Notes: generated from the sequence alone by a model not told the origin. DNA of 64,000 bases from Saprospiraceae bacterium (GCA_016715405.1 JADKAE010000004.1:119693-183692), one strand, 5' to 3'. Positions 1 through 9,595 are shown, counted from the first letter of the stretch. A program made the numbers and translations.

Positions 1-204
1 CGGCAAATATCGGCCTGGTGCATCCGCAAGGCCATGGAAGAGATCGACCCCGGCGAATATGCCGACGCGCTAAAAGCGATATTGCATAAAAAAGCTGCCG
101 AATACGCCGCTAATCCTCCTTATGAGCGAAGGGCCAAACTCATACGCTACGGCTTGCAAAAAGGCTACGAAAACGAATTGATCCAGGAATTACTACCGGA
201 ATAA
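1..204 (+). CDS. recX: RecX-like regulatory protein, C-terminal fragment (5' end outside window)
   Basis: Frame 1 is open from the window edge to TAA 202-204; it is absent from the ORF track because it is edge-truncated. The translation ...ADALKAILHKKAAEYAANPPYERRAKLIRYGLQKGYENELIQELLPE resembles RecX C-terminal helical repeats. Confidence 0.45.
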   Translation, partial: RQISAWCIRKAMEEIDPGEYADALKAILHKKAAEYAANPPYERRAKLIRYGLQKGYENELIQELLPE

Positions 205-300
205 AGACGTCAGGGAACTGACTTTTTCGCATTATTTGGTTGCAATGCAATATTATTGCCTATAAATTGCGTGGAGGAATCAGATATAAATAAAAAGAGC

Positions 301-435
301 ATGAAAAAACGCAAACACACGCTGGATTATTTTGAACAAACAGCCCTAACCAAAAAAACAACAAAAGGCGGTAAAAAGGGGGTTATAAGCTGCCCGCCGG
401 CGAGCCTACCTTGTCTACCCGCTGGGGTGAAATAG
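301..435 (+). CDS. hypothetical 44-aa peptide with Lys-rich leader, Gly-Gly motif and Cys/Pro-rich tail
   Basis: ATG 301 to TAG 433-435, below the 60-aa cut-off of the track: MKKRKHTLDYFEQTALTKKTTKGGKKGVISCPPASLPCLPAGVK. The stretch before the ATG is A-rich. No homology support. Confidence 0.2.
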   Translation: MKKRKHTLDYFEQTALTKKTTKGGKKGVISCPPASLPCLPAGVK

Positions 436-514
436 ATATTCGCCTGCGAAGCGAACATGAGGTGGTACTTAGCAAAGCCAACACAATCACCCATTTGTCA
501 TCGCCTTTATGTGA

Positions 515-2053
515 CTAAGTGCTTGTCTTGTCGATATATTTTTCTTTCACCAGTTGGGCAAAAGAACGCCCTTCGAGGTGACTGTCGAGCCATGCTTCAA
601 AATCGAACATTTGCAGCATGGCTTTTTCTTTGGGTTTTTGCAGCAATTGCTCGAAATCCGTTTTTAATGCCAACAGCGCCTTGCGCGTATCCTTTTTATC
701 TACCGATTTGCCTGCCTGTCTGATAAAATGGATCAGTTTGACCTCAAATTCGAGCAATCCCTCTTGCCTGTTCAAATACCGGTATGTGGAGCGCAAAAGC
801 GATTCGAGTAGCAGGTGGTTGCCCATTTCGTAGTGGATAATGAGGTTGAGCACCCGTGAGAGGCTTTGCAGGTCTTGCCGCTCGATGCTACGCGGCAGGT
901 TAAGCCATTTGTTGAGGTAGTCGAGGGCGCGGTTATAATTGCCTGCCCCAAAAAAGATATAGAAGTATTGAAAATAAAAGCTGCTGCGCTCGAAAAGATC
1001 CTTGTCGAGTTGTTCCATCTCGCACAAGTGGTCTTCCACTACGCGCAATCCCTCGTCAAAATCGCCGGTTTCGATGCACAACCTAAACTTATGGGTGTAA
1101 TATTGGCGGTGAATTTTGAGCTTGTCGTCGAGGGTGATGGGGATGATGCGACGTAGTTTTTCCAGGCATTCATTGACTTCCCGGTAGCGCCCCAGAAAGC
1201 CGCAGCTTACGGCGTAGTTGCTAAGGGCAGAAATGTATTCCGATAAGTCTTCGCGCAGAAAATGCGGTTTGGCCTCCATGAGCCCGATAAGTTCGCCCCC
1301 CAGGCGGTAGAAATTTTGGTAATCTTTGGCAGAATAGCTCAGTACGGTTTTAATGCGGTAATAAAAAATGCGGGCCTGATGGGTGAGCGCCTGATCGGGG
1401 CCGGTCAATAGCGGGTGTGAAGATACTTCTTGCAGTACTTCATCCTGGCTTCCTGCGCGTTGGGCGTTTTTCCGCACGGCCACCCATACGCGGTAAAACA
1501 GGGTTTGGTAGTCGGTGAAGTTGCGCATAAGGTCAAGACATTCGGCTTCCCTGGCAGCGATCAGATCCAGATGGCGGTCGAGATACGCAATATCAGCCCT
1601 TGCATAAGCTATTTGCTTGTGCCAATGCAGCGCCTCCAACTGGGCATCCAGCTTTTCGTAGGTTTCTGCCAGCTTTTCCGCCTTTTGGAGCACTTTGAAG
1701 CAGTCGTCGAATAAAGCGCGTTTGTAAAGCGACTTCACGCCCAGCAGTAAGTTGCGCAAGCGGTTGTCAACGGCTTGCTTTTCATCGTAAGATTGCAGGC
1801 TTCTCACCACCATGTCGTAGAGGTAGGCCTTGAGTTCTGAATACTTGCGGCTTTGAATCGGTTCTCCCTGGTATACATGCCGGCAAAGGGCTTCATCGTC
1901 AAAAGCCGGCTGGGCGTCGATGGCGTCAAACAGGCGCAGGTATTTGTTGTCTTTGTCGTTGTCGGTGTGGACAAATATCTTGAAGTATCGCTTCTCGGAC
2001 CCCGATAGCGATTTGATGAGATGGTACAAGCGGTCGGAAGGCGTTTTGGGCAT
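515..2053 (-). CDS. conserved hypothetical all-helical (TPR-like) protein
   Basis: Long ORF 515-2098. I place the start at Met16 (ATG 2053, MPKTPSDRLYHLIKSLSGSEKRYFKIF...) because the first 15 codons are a translated hairpin arm. No recognised catalytic motif. Confidence 0.7.
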   Translation of the reverse strand: MPKTPSDRLYHLIKSLSGSEKRYFKIFVHTDNDKDNKYLRLFDAIDAQPAFDDEALCRHVYQGEPIQSRKYSELKAYLYDMVVRSLQSYDEKQAVDNRLRNLLLGVKSLYKRALFDDCFKVLQKAEKLAETYEKLDAQLEALHWHKQIAYARADIAYLDRHLDLIAAREAECLDLMRNFTDYQTLFYRVWVAVRKNAQRAGSQDEVLQEVSSHPLLTGPDQALTHQARIFYYRIKTVLSYSAKDYQNFYRLGGELIGLMEAKPHFLREDLSEYISALSNYAVSCGFLGRYREVNECLEKLRRIIPITLDDKLKIHRQYYTHKFRLCIETGDFDEGLRVVEDHLCEMEQLDKDLFERSSFYFQYFYIFFGAGNYNRALDYLNKWLNLPRSIERQDLQSLSRVLNLIIHYEMGNHLLLESLLRSTYRYLNRQEGLLEFEVKLIHFIRQAGKSVDKKDTRKALLALKTDFEQLLQKPKEKAMLQMFDFEAWLDSHLEGRSFAQLVKEKYIDKTST

Positions 2054-2054
2054 A

Positions 2055-2152
2055 GTTCTCTGTTCTCTGTTGTCGGTTGTCGGTTGTCCGTTTGTCAATG
2101 ATAAAGTTAGTAAAAAGAACGGAAAACAGAGAACGGAAAACGGAGAACAGAA
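2055..2152. terminator. periodic-arm hairpin downstream of hpt
   Basis: Left arm gttctctgttctctgttgtcggttgtcggttgtccg and right arm gaacggaaaacagagaacggaaaacggagaacaga are imperfectly complementary. Both arms are built from 7-8-nt repeats and lie 25 nt after the hpt stop. Confidence 0.45.
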
Positions 2153-2176
2153 TAATTCTGAAACCTGACTTATACT

Positions 2177-2716
2177 TTATTCGTCAAGCTGATAGATAGC
2201 CGGCAGATTTCTGCCAAGGCCGTTGTAATCCAAGCCGTAGCCTACTACGAACCGGTTGGGGATTTCAAATCCGAGGTAGTCAATATGGAGTGGGTGTACG
2301 AGGGCTTCTGGTTTGAACAGCAGCGTAGCGATAGCGATCGAGGCGGGTTGTAATTGGTGCAGGGTGGGCAAAAAATGCGCCATAGTATTGCCCGAGTCGA
2401 TGATATCTTCGATGAGGATGACATGGCGCTCGGCTACGGGCGTCTCCAAGCCTATCCTTTCACTTATTTCGCCGCTGGATTGCGTACCCTTGTACGAGGA
2501 TAGTTTAATAAAAGACACCTCGCAGTCGATCGAGCAGGCTCTTGCCAGGTCGGCGGCAAAGATAAAAGCGCCGTTGAGCACGCCGAGCAATAGTGGGCGC
2601 TTGCCGGCATAATCGGCGCTAATGGCGGCGCCCAGTGCCTGTACCCTTTGTGCCAGGTCGGACGCTTCAATCATAAGCCTGAAAGACAGGTCGTGGAGTT
2701 GAATCGGGTTTGACAT
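2177..2716 (-). CDS. hpt: hypoxanthine phosphoribosyltransferase
   Basis: 179-aa ORF with the PRPP-binding motif VILIEDIIDSGNT and overall Hpt layout (LLLGVLNGAFIFAADL..., FVVGYGLDY). Confidence 0.9.
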   Translation of the reverse strand: MSNPIQLHDLSFRLMIEASDLAQRVQALGAAISADYAGKRPLLLGVLNGAFIFAADLARACSIDCEVSFIKLSSYKGTQSSGEISERIGLETPVAERHVILIEDIIDSGNTMAHFLPTLHQLQPASIAIATLLFKPEALVHPLHIDYLGFEIPNRFVVGYGLDYNGLGRNLPAIYQLDE

Positions 2717-2722
2717 AAGTAC

Positions 2723-4125
2723 TTAATCGAGTCCGTATTTATCAAGAAGGAATACCAGGGCGGTCATGGCAGCGGCGCCGAGTTCGAGCTCGCGTTTGTT
2801 TACGCTGTCAAAGTTGTCGGTGGGTGCGTGGTGAAAATCAAAATAGCGCTGGGAGTCGGGTTCGAAGCCGATGAGGAGGCCTTTCTGCGATTTGAGGCCG
2901 CCGATGTCGGCTCCCGAACCGCCTTTCGACAGGCGTAGTCCGTAGGGTTCGAGTAGGGACATCCACCGGGCCATTTTTTTGAATTTGGCTTCAAACACGG
3001 TGGCATCTCCCTCGCAGGTAAAACCCTGGGGGTAAAGCCGCCGCGATCCGATTCAATGGCAGCCATGTGGTATTCGCCGGCTTTATTAGATTCGCTGAGA
3101 TAAGTGCGGCCTCCGACGAGCCCGTTTTCTTCGTTCATAAACAACACACAACGCAGGGTGCGCTTGGGTTTATAGCCCATCGTTTTGAGCAGGCGGAGTA
3201 CTTCCATCGACTGTACGCAGCCGGCGCCGTCGTCGTGGGCGCCACCGCTGACATCCCAGGAGTCGAGGTGGCCGCCTACCAGGATGATATCACTGGGGCG
3301 TTCGCTGCCGCGCCATTCGGCGATGACGTTGTAGGAGAGCGCTTCACCCATGTGCATGCAGGTAGAGCGCATGTATACGCGCACGGGTTCATCTTTAAGC
3401 AGACTGCTAAGCAATTCGGCGTCGTTGGTGCTGATGCCAAAAGCGGGGATGCGGGGTGTGCCTTCTTCGTAGGCCAGGCTGCCGGTATGGGGCACGTCGT
3501 CGAGTCGCGAAGTCATGGATCGCACCAGCACGCCCACAGCGCCGTAGCGGGCAGCCCGGGCCGCTCCGTAACCGCGTTGGTCGACGGCGCCGCCATAAGC
3601 GGCAAAGGTATTGAGATGCGTGGGGTCGAACGGGCGGTTAAAAAACACAATCTTGCCTTCGAGGCGCGAGCGACCCAGCTTTTCGAGGTCGTCGAGGTGG
3701 TCCACTTCTATTACTTCGGCGGTAAGTCCTGCGGGTCCGGTGCCTACCGAGTTGCCCAGCGCCAGCGCCCGAAGGTCCAGGCTTCCCATCTTGCGCGAGT
3801 TGACTACCCGCACCTGCTCGGCGTCGCCCCTCACCCAGTGCGGCACCATACAAGGCTGGAGCCACACAGAGTCGAAGCCGATGGTGTCGAGTATCCAGCG
3901 GGTATATTCTACCGAAGCCGCAGCCTGGGGCGAACCGCTGAGCCGCCCGCCGATGCGGGTGGTGAGGTATTCCAGCCAACTATAGCAGCGGCTGTCGGTA
4001 AGCGCCTTGTCGTATATCCGCCTGATGTAGAAGGCATCTTCATCAGTAGTAGTTGCAGGGGTTTCCTGCGCATAGCTGGAGAGCCATGCGCCCCAGCAGA
4101 AGAGTAGTAGTAACCAGTTTTTCAT
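2723..4125 (-). CDS. M28 family aminopeptidase (frame broken once in this consensus)
   Basis: ORFs 2800-4158 and 2723-2998 are the N- and C-parts of one protein. It has signal peptide MKNWLLLLFCWGAWLSSYAQ and metal-ligand motifs GGHLDSWDV..GAHDDGAG and FMNEENGL. The frames join (..GGFTPRGFTCEGDATVFEAKF..) if one C is added to the CCC run at 3024-3026. Confidence 0.85.
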
Positions 4126-4654
4126 CCTTTCCGGTAAACGTGTTATGTTGCCTGCCAAAATTGGGGAATTGCAGGCAGAAAGTGGCTTTACTTTTCACAA
4201 ATCTTCTGCTACGCCCGTTTTTTTGACTTGTTTCCCGAATTGCCGGCTGCATAAGGGCGTCCTTTCGCCCGGCATAAAATTTTTTTTCGCTGCTTTTTGT
4301 GGAAAACATTTCTGTGGGGATTGTGATTTTTGAAATATTACATTATGTCTATGTGGAATTTTGATTGTTTATTTTGATAAAATTATTTTTGATGTACTTT
4401 ATATTTTACAAAATAAATAACAACTGCACATAAGTTTGTTTTTTGGTTTTTTGTCATTTTTGATTTAGTGCGTTTTTTCGAACAAACAAGCGGTTTTTAT
4501 GGTAGCTTTCAAACAAGGGGTGAAAAATTTTAATGAATTTGTAATTGTATTTTTTACAATAAGTATGTATCTTTGCTTTCAGAATTGTTAATCGATAGCT
4601 TTCATTCGCTAGTCAAACTAGCTGACAGCAGTTATCAAAAAGTCTTCGCTTCTG

Positions 4655-4985
4655 ATTGCTGACTGCTAATTGCTAACTGCTAGTTATAAAGATATAATTT
4701 GGTTTTATTTGGTTAGGGCTGAGGTAGTGCTTTATGCGCTGCCTCTTTTTTTTACACCGGACACTGTGAACAGGGAACAGCACGGGGGGCACCCCCCTGG
4801 CCCCCTCTCCACCTCCCCCCAAACCCCTCCCTCCCCCTCCCTCTTCAAATTTTTCACCAACAACCCTCCTCAAACCCCCCCCCCCCCCAAAAAATTTTTA
4901 CCCCCCCCAAAAAAAAAAAACACCCCCCCCCCCCCACCACCAAAAGTATTAGCAGTTAGGGCTTAGGGCTTAGGCAGTCAGACGG
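4655..4985. other. hairpin arms (TTAGCAA-type repeats) enclosing a low-complexity poly-C/poly-A block at 4781-4945
   Basis: ctgactgctaattgctaactgctag (4655-4690) is complementary to tagcagttagggcttagggcttaggcagtcag (4948-4985). Between them lie degenerate runs of C, A and T with no coding sense. Confidence 0.6.
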
Positions 4986-4986
4986 A

Positions 4987-5613
4987 CTAATCGCAAATCG
5001 TCGCATCTGGGTCTAAGCCGCAAGCCCTGAAGCCCATTGCCCGCCTGTTAAAGCGCCCTCTTTTGGGTTTCTTCCACCCTAAACACCTGTGGCTCTTGCA
5101 GCACCTTTTTTGGCGGTTTTCGTGCCCGGGGTAATACGCCAGCTTTTGGTCGGTGTTGGCGATAGCGGTATCAAACTTCTTATGGATATGGATTTCGCGC
5201 ACCTTGCCGTCGACAAAATCAATTTGCAGTTCGCGGGTTTTGAGGTCGGCTTCGAGTGCGTGGTAGGTAAGGCGGCTGAGGCGGCCGTTTTGCATGAGGC
5301 TGTCGACGGCGTATTTGTCGAGCCAGGCGGGGCGGTTGATGTCGGCTTCGGCAAAGAGGCGCAGCTCTTCGCTGAAGTCGACGCTGTCGAGGGTTTGTTC
5401 CTCAATGCGGCCGTCTATTTCGAGGCGTTTGCGCAGCTGCGGTTTTTTTGCCGTCAAGCTCGCAGCTTCCTGCTGGAAGTAGGTTTTTAGGTCAAAAAAA
5501 TGCGGATTGCTAAGCGGAACTGTTCCGGGGGATTCCTGCCGGCAGGCGGATAGTACAAGTAATAGAGATGTATTAATAAGGATGCAAAAAGAACGAAATG
5601 AACGGTGTGACAT
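4987..5613 (-). CDS. hypothetical lipoprotein
   Basis: 208-aa ORF with lipobox LLLVLSAC. The last ~45 residues look out of frame; an alternative frame gives ...KKVLQEPQVFRVEETQKRAL ending near 5048, so a frameshift near 5100-5115 is possible. Confidence 0.55.
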   Translation of the reverse strand: MSHRSFRSFCILINTSLLLVLSACRQESPGTVPLSNPHFFDLKTYFQQEAASLTAKKPQLRKRLEIDGRIEEQTLDSVDFSEELRLFAEADINRPAWLDKYAVDSLMQNGRLSRLTYHALEADLKTRELQIDFVDGKVREIHIHKKFDTAIANTDQKLAYYPGHENRQKRCCKSHRCLGWKKPKRGRFNRRAMGFRACGLDPDATICD

Positions 5614-5661
5614 TAGTTAGTTGAGTTTATTGAAAAAACACGATAGATCGGCTTATGCTTC

Positions 5662-6057
5662 TTACCAGCACCTCTTTATATGAGTATTAGCTAAATAATG
5701 ATCAAAAATTTCGTCTTTGCTAAGCAGATCCATGTTCTCTACTATTGCTTGTGAAATTATCATCCTGTCGAATGGATCTCTGTGATGAAAAGGTAATTTG
5801 TTCTGTATAATTGTATGGGCGAAATTGATGGGTAGAACCCCTATTTCATTTTCTATCACGTCATTAATAACTGTGTCATACGTGCCCGCAATAGTTAATT
5901 TACCTAATGAAGTCTTGATAGATATTTCCCAAAGGCTGGCAATGCTAATAAAAATTTCATTTTCAATATCCTCTATAACGGCCTTGGCATATGAACTTAG
6001 TTCCGGAGAACCTTCATTGAACCAAAGGAATGTGTGGGTATCTAGTAGATACTTCAT
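5662..6057 (-). CDS. vapC: PIN-domain toxin, VapC family
   Basis: 131 aa starting MKYLLDTHTFLW, with acidic PIN residues (D6, E44 in SLWEISIK, DPFDRMI). It overlaps the upstream antitoxin ORF by ATGA at 6054-6057. GC is clearly lower than the flanks. Confidence 0.85.
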   Translation of the reverse strand: MKYLLDTHTFLWFNEGSPELSSYAKAVIEDIENEIFISIASLWEISIKTSLGKLTIAGTYDTVINDVIENEIGVLPINFAHTIIQNKLPFHHRDPFDRMIISQAIVENMDLLSKDEIFDHYLANTHIKRCW

Positions 6058-6269
6058 TGCATGTATTCTTTGAAATCCTCTAACGGCTCATCGAAGTCAG
6101 GAGCAAGTATATATTTACCCTTAACTCGTCCAAAAACCCTTTTACCTTTACTTTTTTGAGCAGGCTGAGTTGTGTATTCATTTTTTAAAAATTCAATAAA
6201 GTGCATGACCTCGACCTTCAAGCTCTCAGGCAGCCGGTAAATTTCATAGATTATGCGTTGTTCATTCAT
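6054..6269 (-). CDS. DUF2281-type antitoxin
   Basis: 71 aa, MNEQRIIYEIYRLPESLKVEVMHFIEFLK...APDFDEPLEDFKEYM, the typical DUF2281 partner of PIN toxins. A 4-nt overlap with vapC suggests translational coupling. Confidence 0.75.
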   Translation of the reverse strand: MNEQRIIYEIYRLPESLKVEVMHFIEFLKNEYTTQPAQKSKGKRVFGRVKGKYILAPDFDEPLEDFKEYMQ

Positions 6270-6373
6270 TAGGCTTAATCTTTATTATGGAAGATTGATT
6301 GACAAATTACGCTCCTTATTGTAGACAACAAAATCAAGTCTGACACAGTTCACTCTAATATTTTGAAGTGCCA

Positions 6374-7902
6374 TCACCCCAGCAACACCTCCCCATCCAT
6401 CACCTCCGGCGCCGGTAAACCCAGCAGGAACAAAATCGTAGGGGCGATATCGGCCAGTTTGCCGTCTTTTACCCGGAGGCCTTTCGTGTCATTAGCCACA
6501 TAGATGCAAGGCACGGGGTTTTTGGTATGCGCCGTATTGGGCGTGCCGTCGTCGTTGACCATATAATCGGAGTTGCCGTGGTCGGCGATGATGATGGCTT
6601 CGTAGTCGTATTCGAGAGCCAGGGGGATGAGGCGACTCATACAGCCGTCGACGGTTTCGGCGGCCCTGACGGCTGCTGAAAATACGCCGGTATGCCCTAC
6701 CATATCGGTATTGGCGAAATTGAGACAGATAAAATCGGGTTGATTTTGCCGGATGTCGGCCATAATAGCTTCGGCGACTTCGGGGGCGCTCATCTCGGGC
6801 TGGAGGTCGTAGGTAGCCACCTTGGGAGAAGGTATCATGATGCGGCGTTCTCCGGGGAAGGTATCTTCGCGGCCTCCTGAAAAGAAGAAAGTTACGTGGG
6901 GGTATTTTTCCGTTTCGGCGATGCGCACCTGGGTTTTGCCGGCTGCCGACAGCACCTCGCCGAGCGTATTGCTCAAGTCGTCTTTTTGGAATACGACGTG
7001 CACGTTTTTATAAGTATCGTCGTAGCGGGTCATCGTCACGTAGTACAAGTCGAGTTTGTGCATATCGTACTCGGGGAAGTCCTGCTGCGTAAGCACCTGC
7101 GAAATCTCGCGGGGGCGGTCGGTGCGGAAGTTGAAGCAGATCAGGGCGTCGCCTGGTTGGATAGTGGCAATAGGGCTGCCATCGGGGTTTGTGCACACGA
7201 TAGGTTTGACGAATTCGTCGGTTTCGCCTTGTTCGTATTTGTGTTGCAGGAGTGCAAGGGCATCGGAGGAGGCTTCTCCTTTGGCGTGCACGAGCAGGTC
7301 GTAGGCCAGTTTGACGCGTTCCCAGCGCTTATCGCGGTCCATGGCGTAATAACGGCCGATTACGCTGGCCAGTTGGGCGTGCTGGGGGGCGATATGTTGT
7401 TGCAACTCGCGCAGGAAGCCCAGCCCGCTTTTGGGGTCGGTATCGCGGCCATCGAGGAAAGCGTGGATATACACCCGGTCGAGTCCGTGTTCCTGGCAGA
7501 TATCGCAGAGTGCTTCGAGGTGCTTGATATGCGAGTGCACGCCGCCGTCGGATACGAGGCCCATCAGGTGTAAGGCTTTGCCGCCGGCTTTGGCGTATTG
7601 CAGGGCTTCCAGCAGAGTGGCGTTAGTATGCAATTCGCGTTCGCGCACGGCTTTATTAATGCGGGCGAGTTCCTGGTATACGATGCGGCCCGCGCCGATA
7701 TTGAGGTGGCCCACTTCCGAGTTGCCCATCTGGCCGTCGGGAAGGCCCACTTGTTCACCGTGGGTGACCAACTCCGCGTTGGGATATTGCTTATATAGGA
7801 ATCCATAAAAGGCGTATTCGCCTGGGCGATAGCGCTTACTTCGGGTTTGGGGCCGTGCCCCCAGCCGTCGAGAATAACGAGGATAACGCGTGGTGCTTTC
7901 AT
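6374..7902 (-). CDS. gpmI: 2,3-bisphosphoglycerate-independent phosphoglycerate mutase (frame broken once)
   Basis: The N-terminus MKAPRVILVILDGWGHG (ORF 7564-7902) continues in ORF 6374-7969 at ..YPNAELVTHGEQVGLPDGQMGNSEVGHLNIGAGR... and ..IIADHGN. The indel lies near 7790-7797. Confidence 0.9.
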
Positions 7903-7907
7903 GGCTG

Positions 7908-7915
7908 CAAAAATA
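7908..7915 (-). promoter_or_regulatory. Bacteroidota -7 promoter box (TAnnTTTG) for gpmI
   Basis: Forward caaaaata is TATTTTTG on the minus strand, 5 nt upstream of the gpmI ATG. Confidence 0.4.
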
Positions 7916-8178
7916 CAAAAAACAAGCCGATTGGAAGGGAGGAAGTAATAAACAAGCGGCCATATACAATGAAATGAAGTCGGATTTCGTTTCTATGACA
8001 ACTACAACAAGCGACTATTTACAGCATCGTTCTACCCTTCTGATCACTACATCCTGTGCGATTAAAGTTACTTTTGCGAAGGATCTGCGTCTAATCAATA
8101 AATAAAGCATAAGGACCTGTTACTTTTTACACGTATTTCACATTATTCAATAATCGTTTTACCAAAAACTAAAAAACG

Positions 8179-8559
8179 ATGAATACCATACTATCAGTCC
8201 TGTTGCTGAGTGTGTTAGTCAATACCCAAGAGGTAAATCTGAACGCCATTACCAAGGCGATCAGCGAGGGGAATGCCGAGGCGTTGGGGCAATATTTCGA
8301 CCAGTCGGTTGAAGTATCGGTGCTCGACAACGAAGACGTGTATGCCAAAGCGCAGGCGATAAAGGTAGTTAAAGACTTTTTCGCCCAAAATAAACCCAAG
8401 AGTTTCAGCCAGGTACACCAGGGCACCTCTAAGGGTAACGACTCGCAATACTGCATAGGCAACCTGGTAACTGCTACCGGCACTTTCCGGGTATATATTT
8501 ACCTGAAGGTCAACGGCAACAATTATACCATCCAGGAGCTTCGCTTCGACGAAGGCTAA
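8179..8559 (+). CDS. DUF4783 domain protein
   Basis: 126 aa with a signal peptide. ..VYAKAQAIKVVKDFFAQNKPKSFSQVHQGTSKGNDSQYCIGNLVTATGTFRVYIYLK... matches my memory of the DUF4783 family. Confidence 0.75.
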   Translation: MNTILSVLLLSVLVNTQEVNLNAITKAISEGNAEALGQYFDQSVEVSVLDNEDVYAKAQAIKVVKDFFAQNKPKSFSQVHQGTSKGNDSQYCIGNLVTATGTFRVYIYLKVNGNNYTIQELRFDEG

Positions 8560-8597
8560 ATTTAAGAGAGTGTGGGAGAGTGAGAGGGTTCTCTCCT

Positions 8598-9041
8598 TCA
8601 CTTCAGCAGCAATAAATCGTTAAACGCGTAGTTCAGCAAATCGAAAGTAGTCACAATACCTTTTAGTTTGCCGTCATTATCGACTACCGGCATTGCGTGA
8701 AACAGGTTTTCACGGAAGATGTCGGCGGCAAGCTCGATCTTATCTTCCGGGCGTAGTTTGGCTACTTGTTTCACCATCACCTCGCGCACCAACAAGGAGC
8801 GCATAATCGCCTCGTTATATTCCTCGCTTTTTTGCGTATTAAAAATGGTAAAGCCGTGTAGCAATTTCAGGTAGTCGGAATAACTAACGATTCCCACCAC
8901 CTTGCCTTTGTCTACTACTGGTATGTGGTGAATATGGTGCTCCTGGAAAATGGCTTGAACCTTATTCATAGTATCATCAGGAGCTACCGATAGTACTTGG
9001 GTGGTCATAATAGCGGCCACCGTGAGAGATTTGTCAGTCAT
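8598..9041 (-). CDS. CBS-pair domain protein
   Basis: The ORF is 8598-9089; the probable start is MTDKSLTVAAIMTTQVLSV (ATG 9041). It has two CBS motifs (HHIPVVDKGKVVGIVS, HAMPVVDNDGKLKGIVT) and no other domain. Confidence 0.85.
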   Translation of the reverse strand: MTDKSLTVAAIMTTQVLSVAPDDTMNKVQAIFQEHHIHHIPVVDKGKVVGIVSYSDYLKLLHGFTIFNTQKSEEYNEAIMRSLLVREVMVKQVAKLRPEDKIELAADIFRENLFHAMPVVDNDGKLKGIVTTFDLLNYAFNDLLLLK

Positions 9042-9113
9042 AGCCCTGGATTTTTCCGCTGCGAGCCTTGTTACTTGGTAGTAGCGCAAGCCGTGCGGTG
9101 GTTATTCGATTGA

Positions 9114-9557
9114 TTAGCCCCCTTTTTCCACGTAATTCGAATTAAAGACAAAGGACAGCAGGTCGTGAGTAGTGATAATGCCCACCAGTTTGCCTTCATC
9201 TACAATGGGCAATGCGTGGAATTGGTTAGCCAGGAAAATATCGGCGGCCAGTCCTATCGTATCGTCGGGTTCAATAAACAGGGGGTCTTCCGTCATAAAA
9301 TCGCGCGCTCGGAGCGATTCGTAAGCTTTTTCGGAATACCTTTTGCCGCCGGTGTCGAGCGATAGGAGGTAAGCCTGTTTAAAGAAGTCTTCCATACTGA
9401 TGATGCCCAGCAAGGCATCTGTGGCCGATTCTATTACGGGTATATGGTGGAAATTGTTTTTGCGAAAAATCTCTTTCACCATATCGGCGGTAGCATCGGG
9501 TGTAACGGTTACTACCCGGGTAGTCATAATTTCGCGCACAGGACGGTCAGCTTGCAT
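9114..9557 (-). CDS. CBS-pair domain protein
   Basis: 147 aa with two CBS motifs (HHIPVIESATDALLGIIS, HALPIVDEGKLVGIIT). It is a paralogue of the adjacent gene. Confidence 0.85.
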   Translation of the reverse strand: MQADRPVREIMTTRVVTVTPDATADMVKEIFRKNNFHHIPVIESATDALLGIISMEDFFKQAYLLSLDTGGKRYSEKAYESLRARDFMTEDPLFIEPDDTIGLAADIFLANQFHALPIVDEGKLVGIITTHDLLSFVFNSNYVEKGG

Positions 9558-9595
9558 AGCTCAATTGTTTAAATCATGATAGCGAGCGCTTTTCA

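Noticed and set aside
2054-2098. 15-codon N-terminal extension (MTNGQPTTDNREQRT) of the 527-aa ORF
   Set aside because: These codons are the translated left arm of the hairpin at 2055-2152. Met16 (ATG 2053) follows directly and gives a sensible N-terminus.
3067-4107. 346-aa plus-strand ORF, and nested ORFs 3611-3985 and 3638-3979, opposite the M28 peptidase gene
   Set aside because: It is antisense to a gene with clear family motifs. The translation is Ala/Gly/Arg/Val-rich with no motifs, which is the typical shadow ORF of GC-rich coding DNA.
4670-4966. 98-aa proline-rich ORF (..PPQTPPPPKKFLPPPKKKNTPPPPPP..)
   Set aside because: It is simply the translation of the poly-C/poly-A junk block and has no coding evidence.
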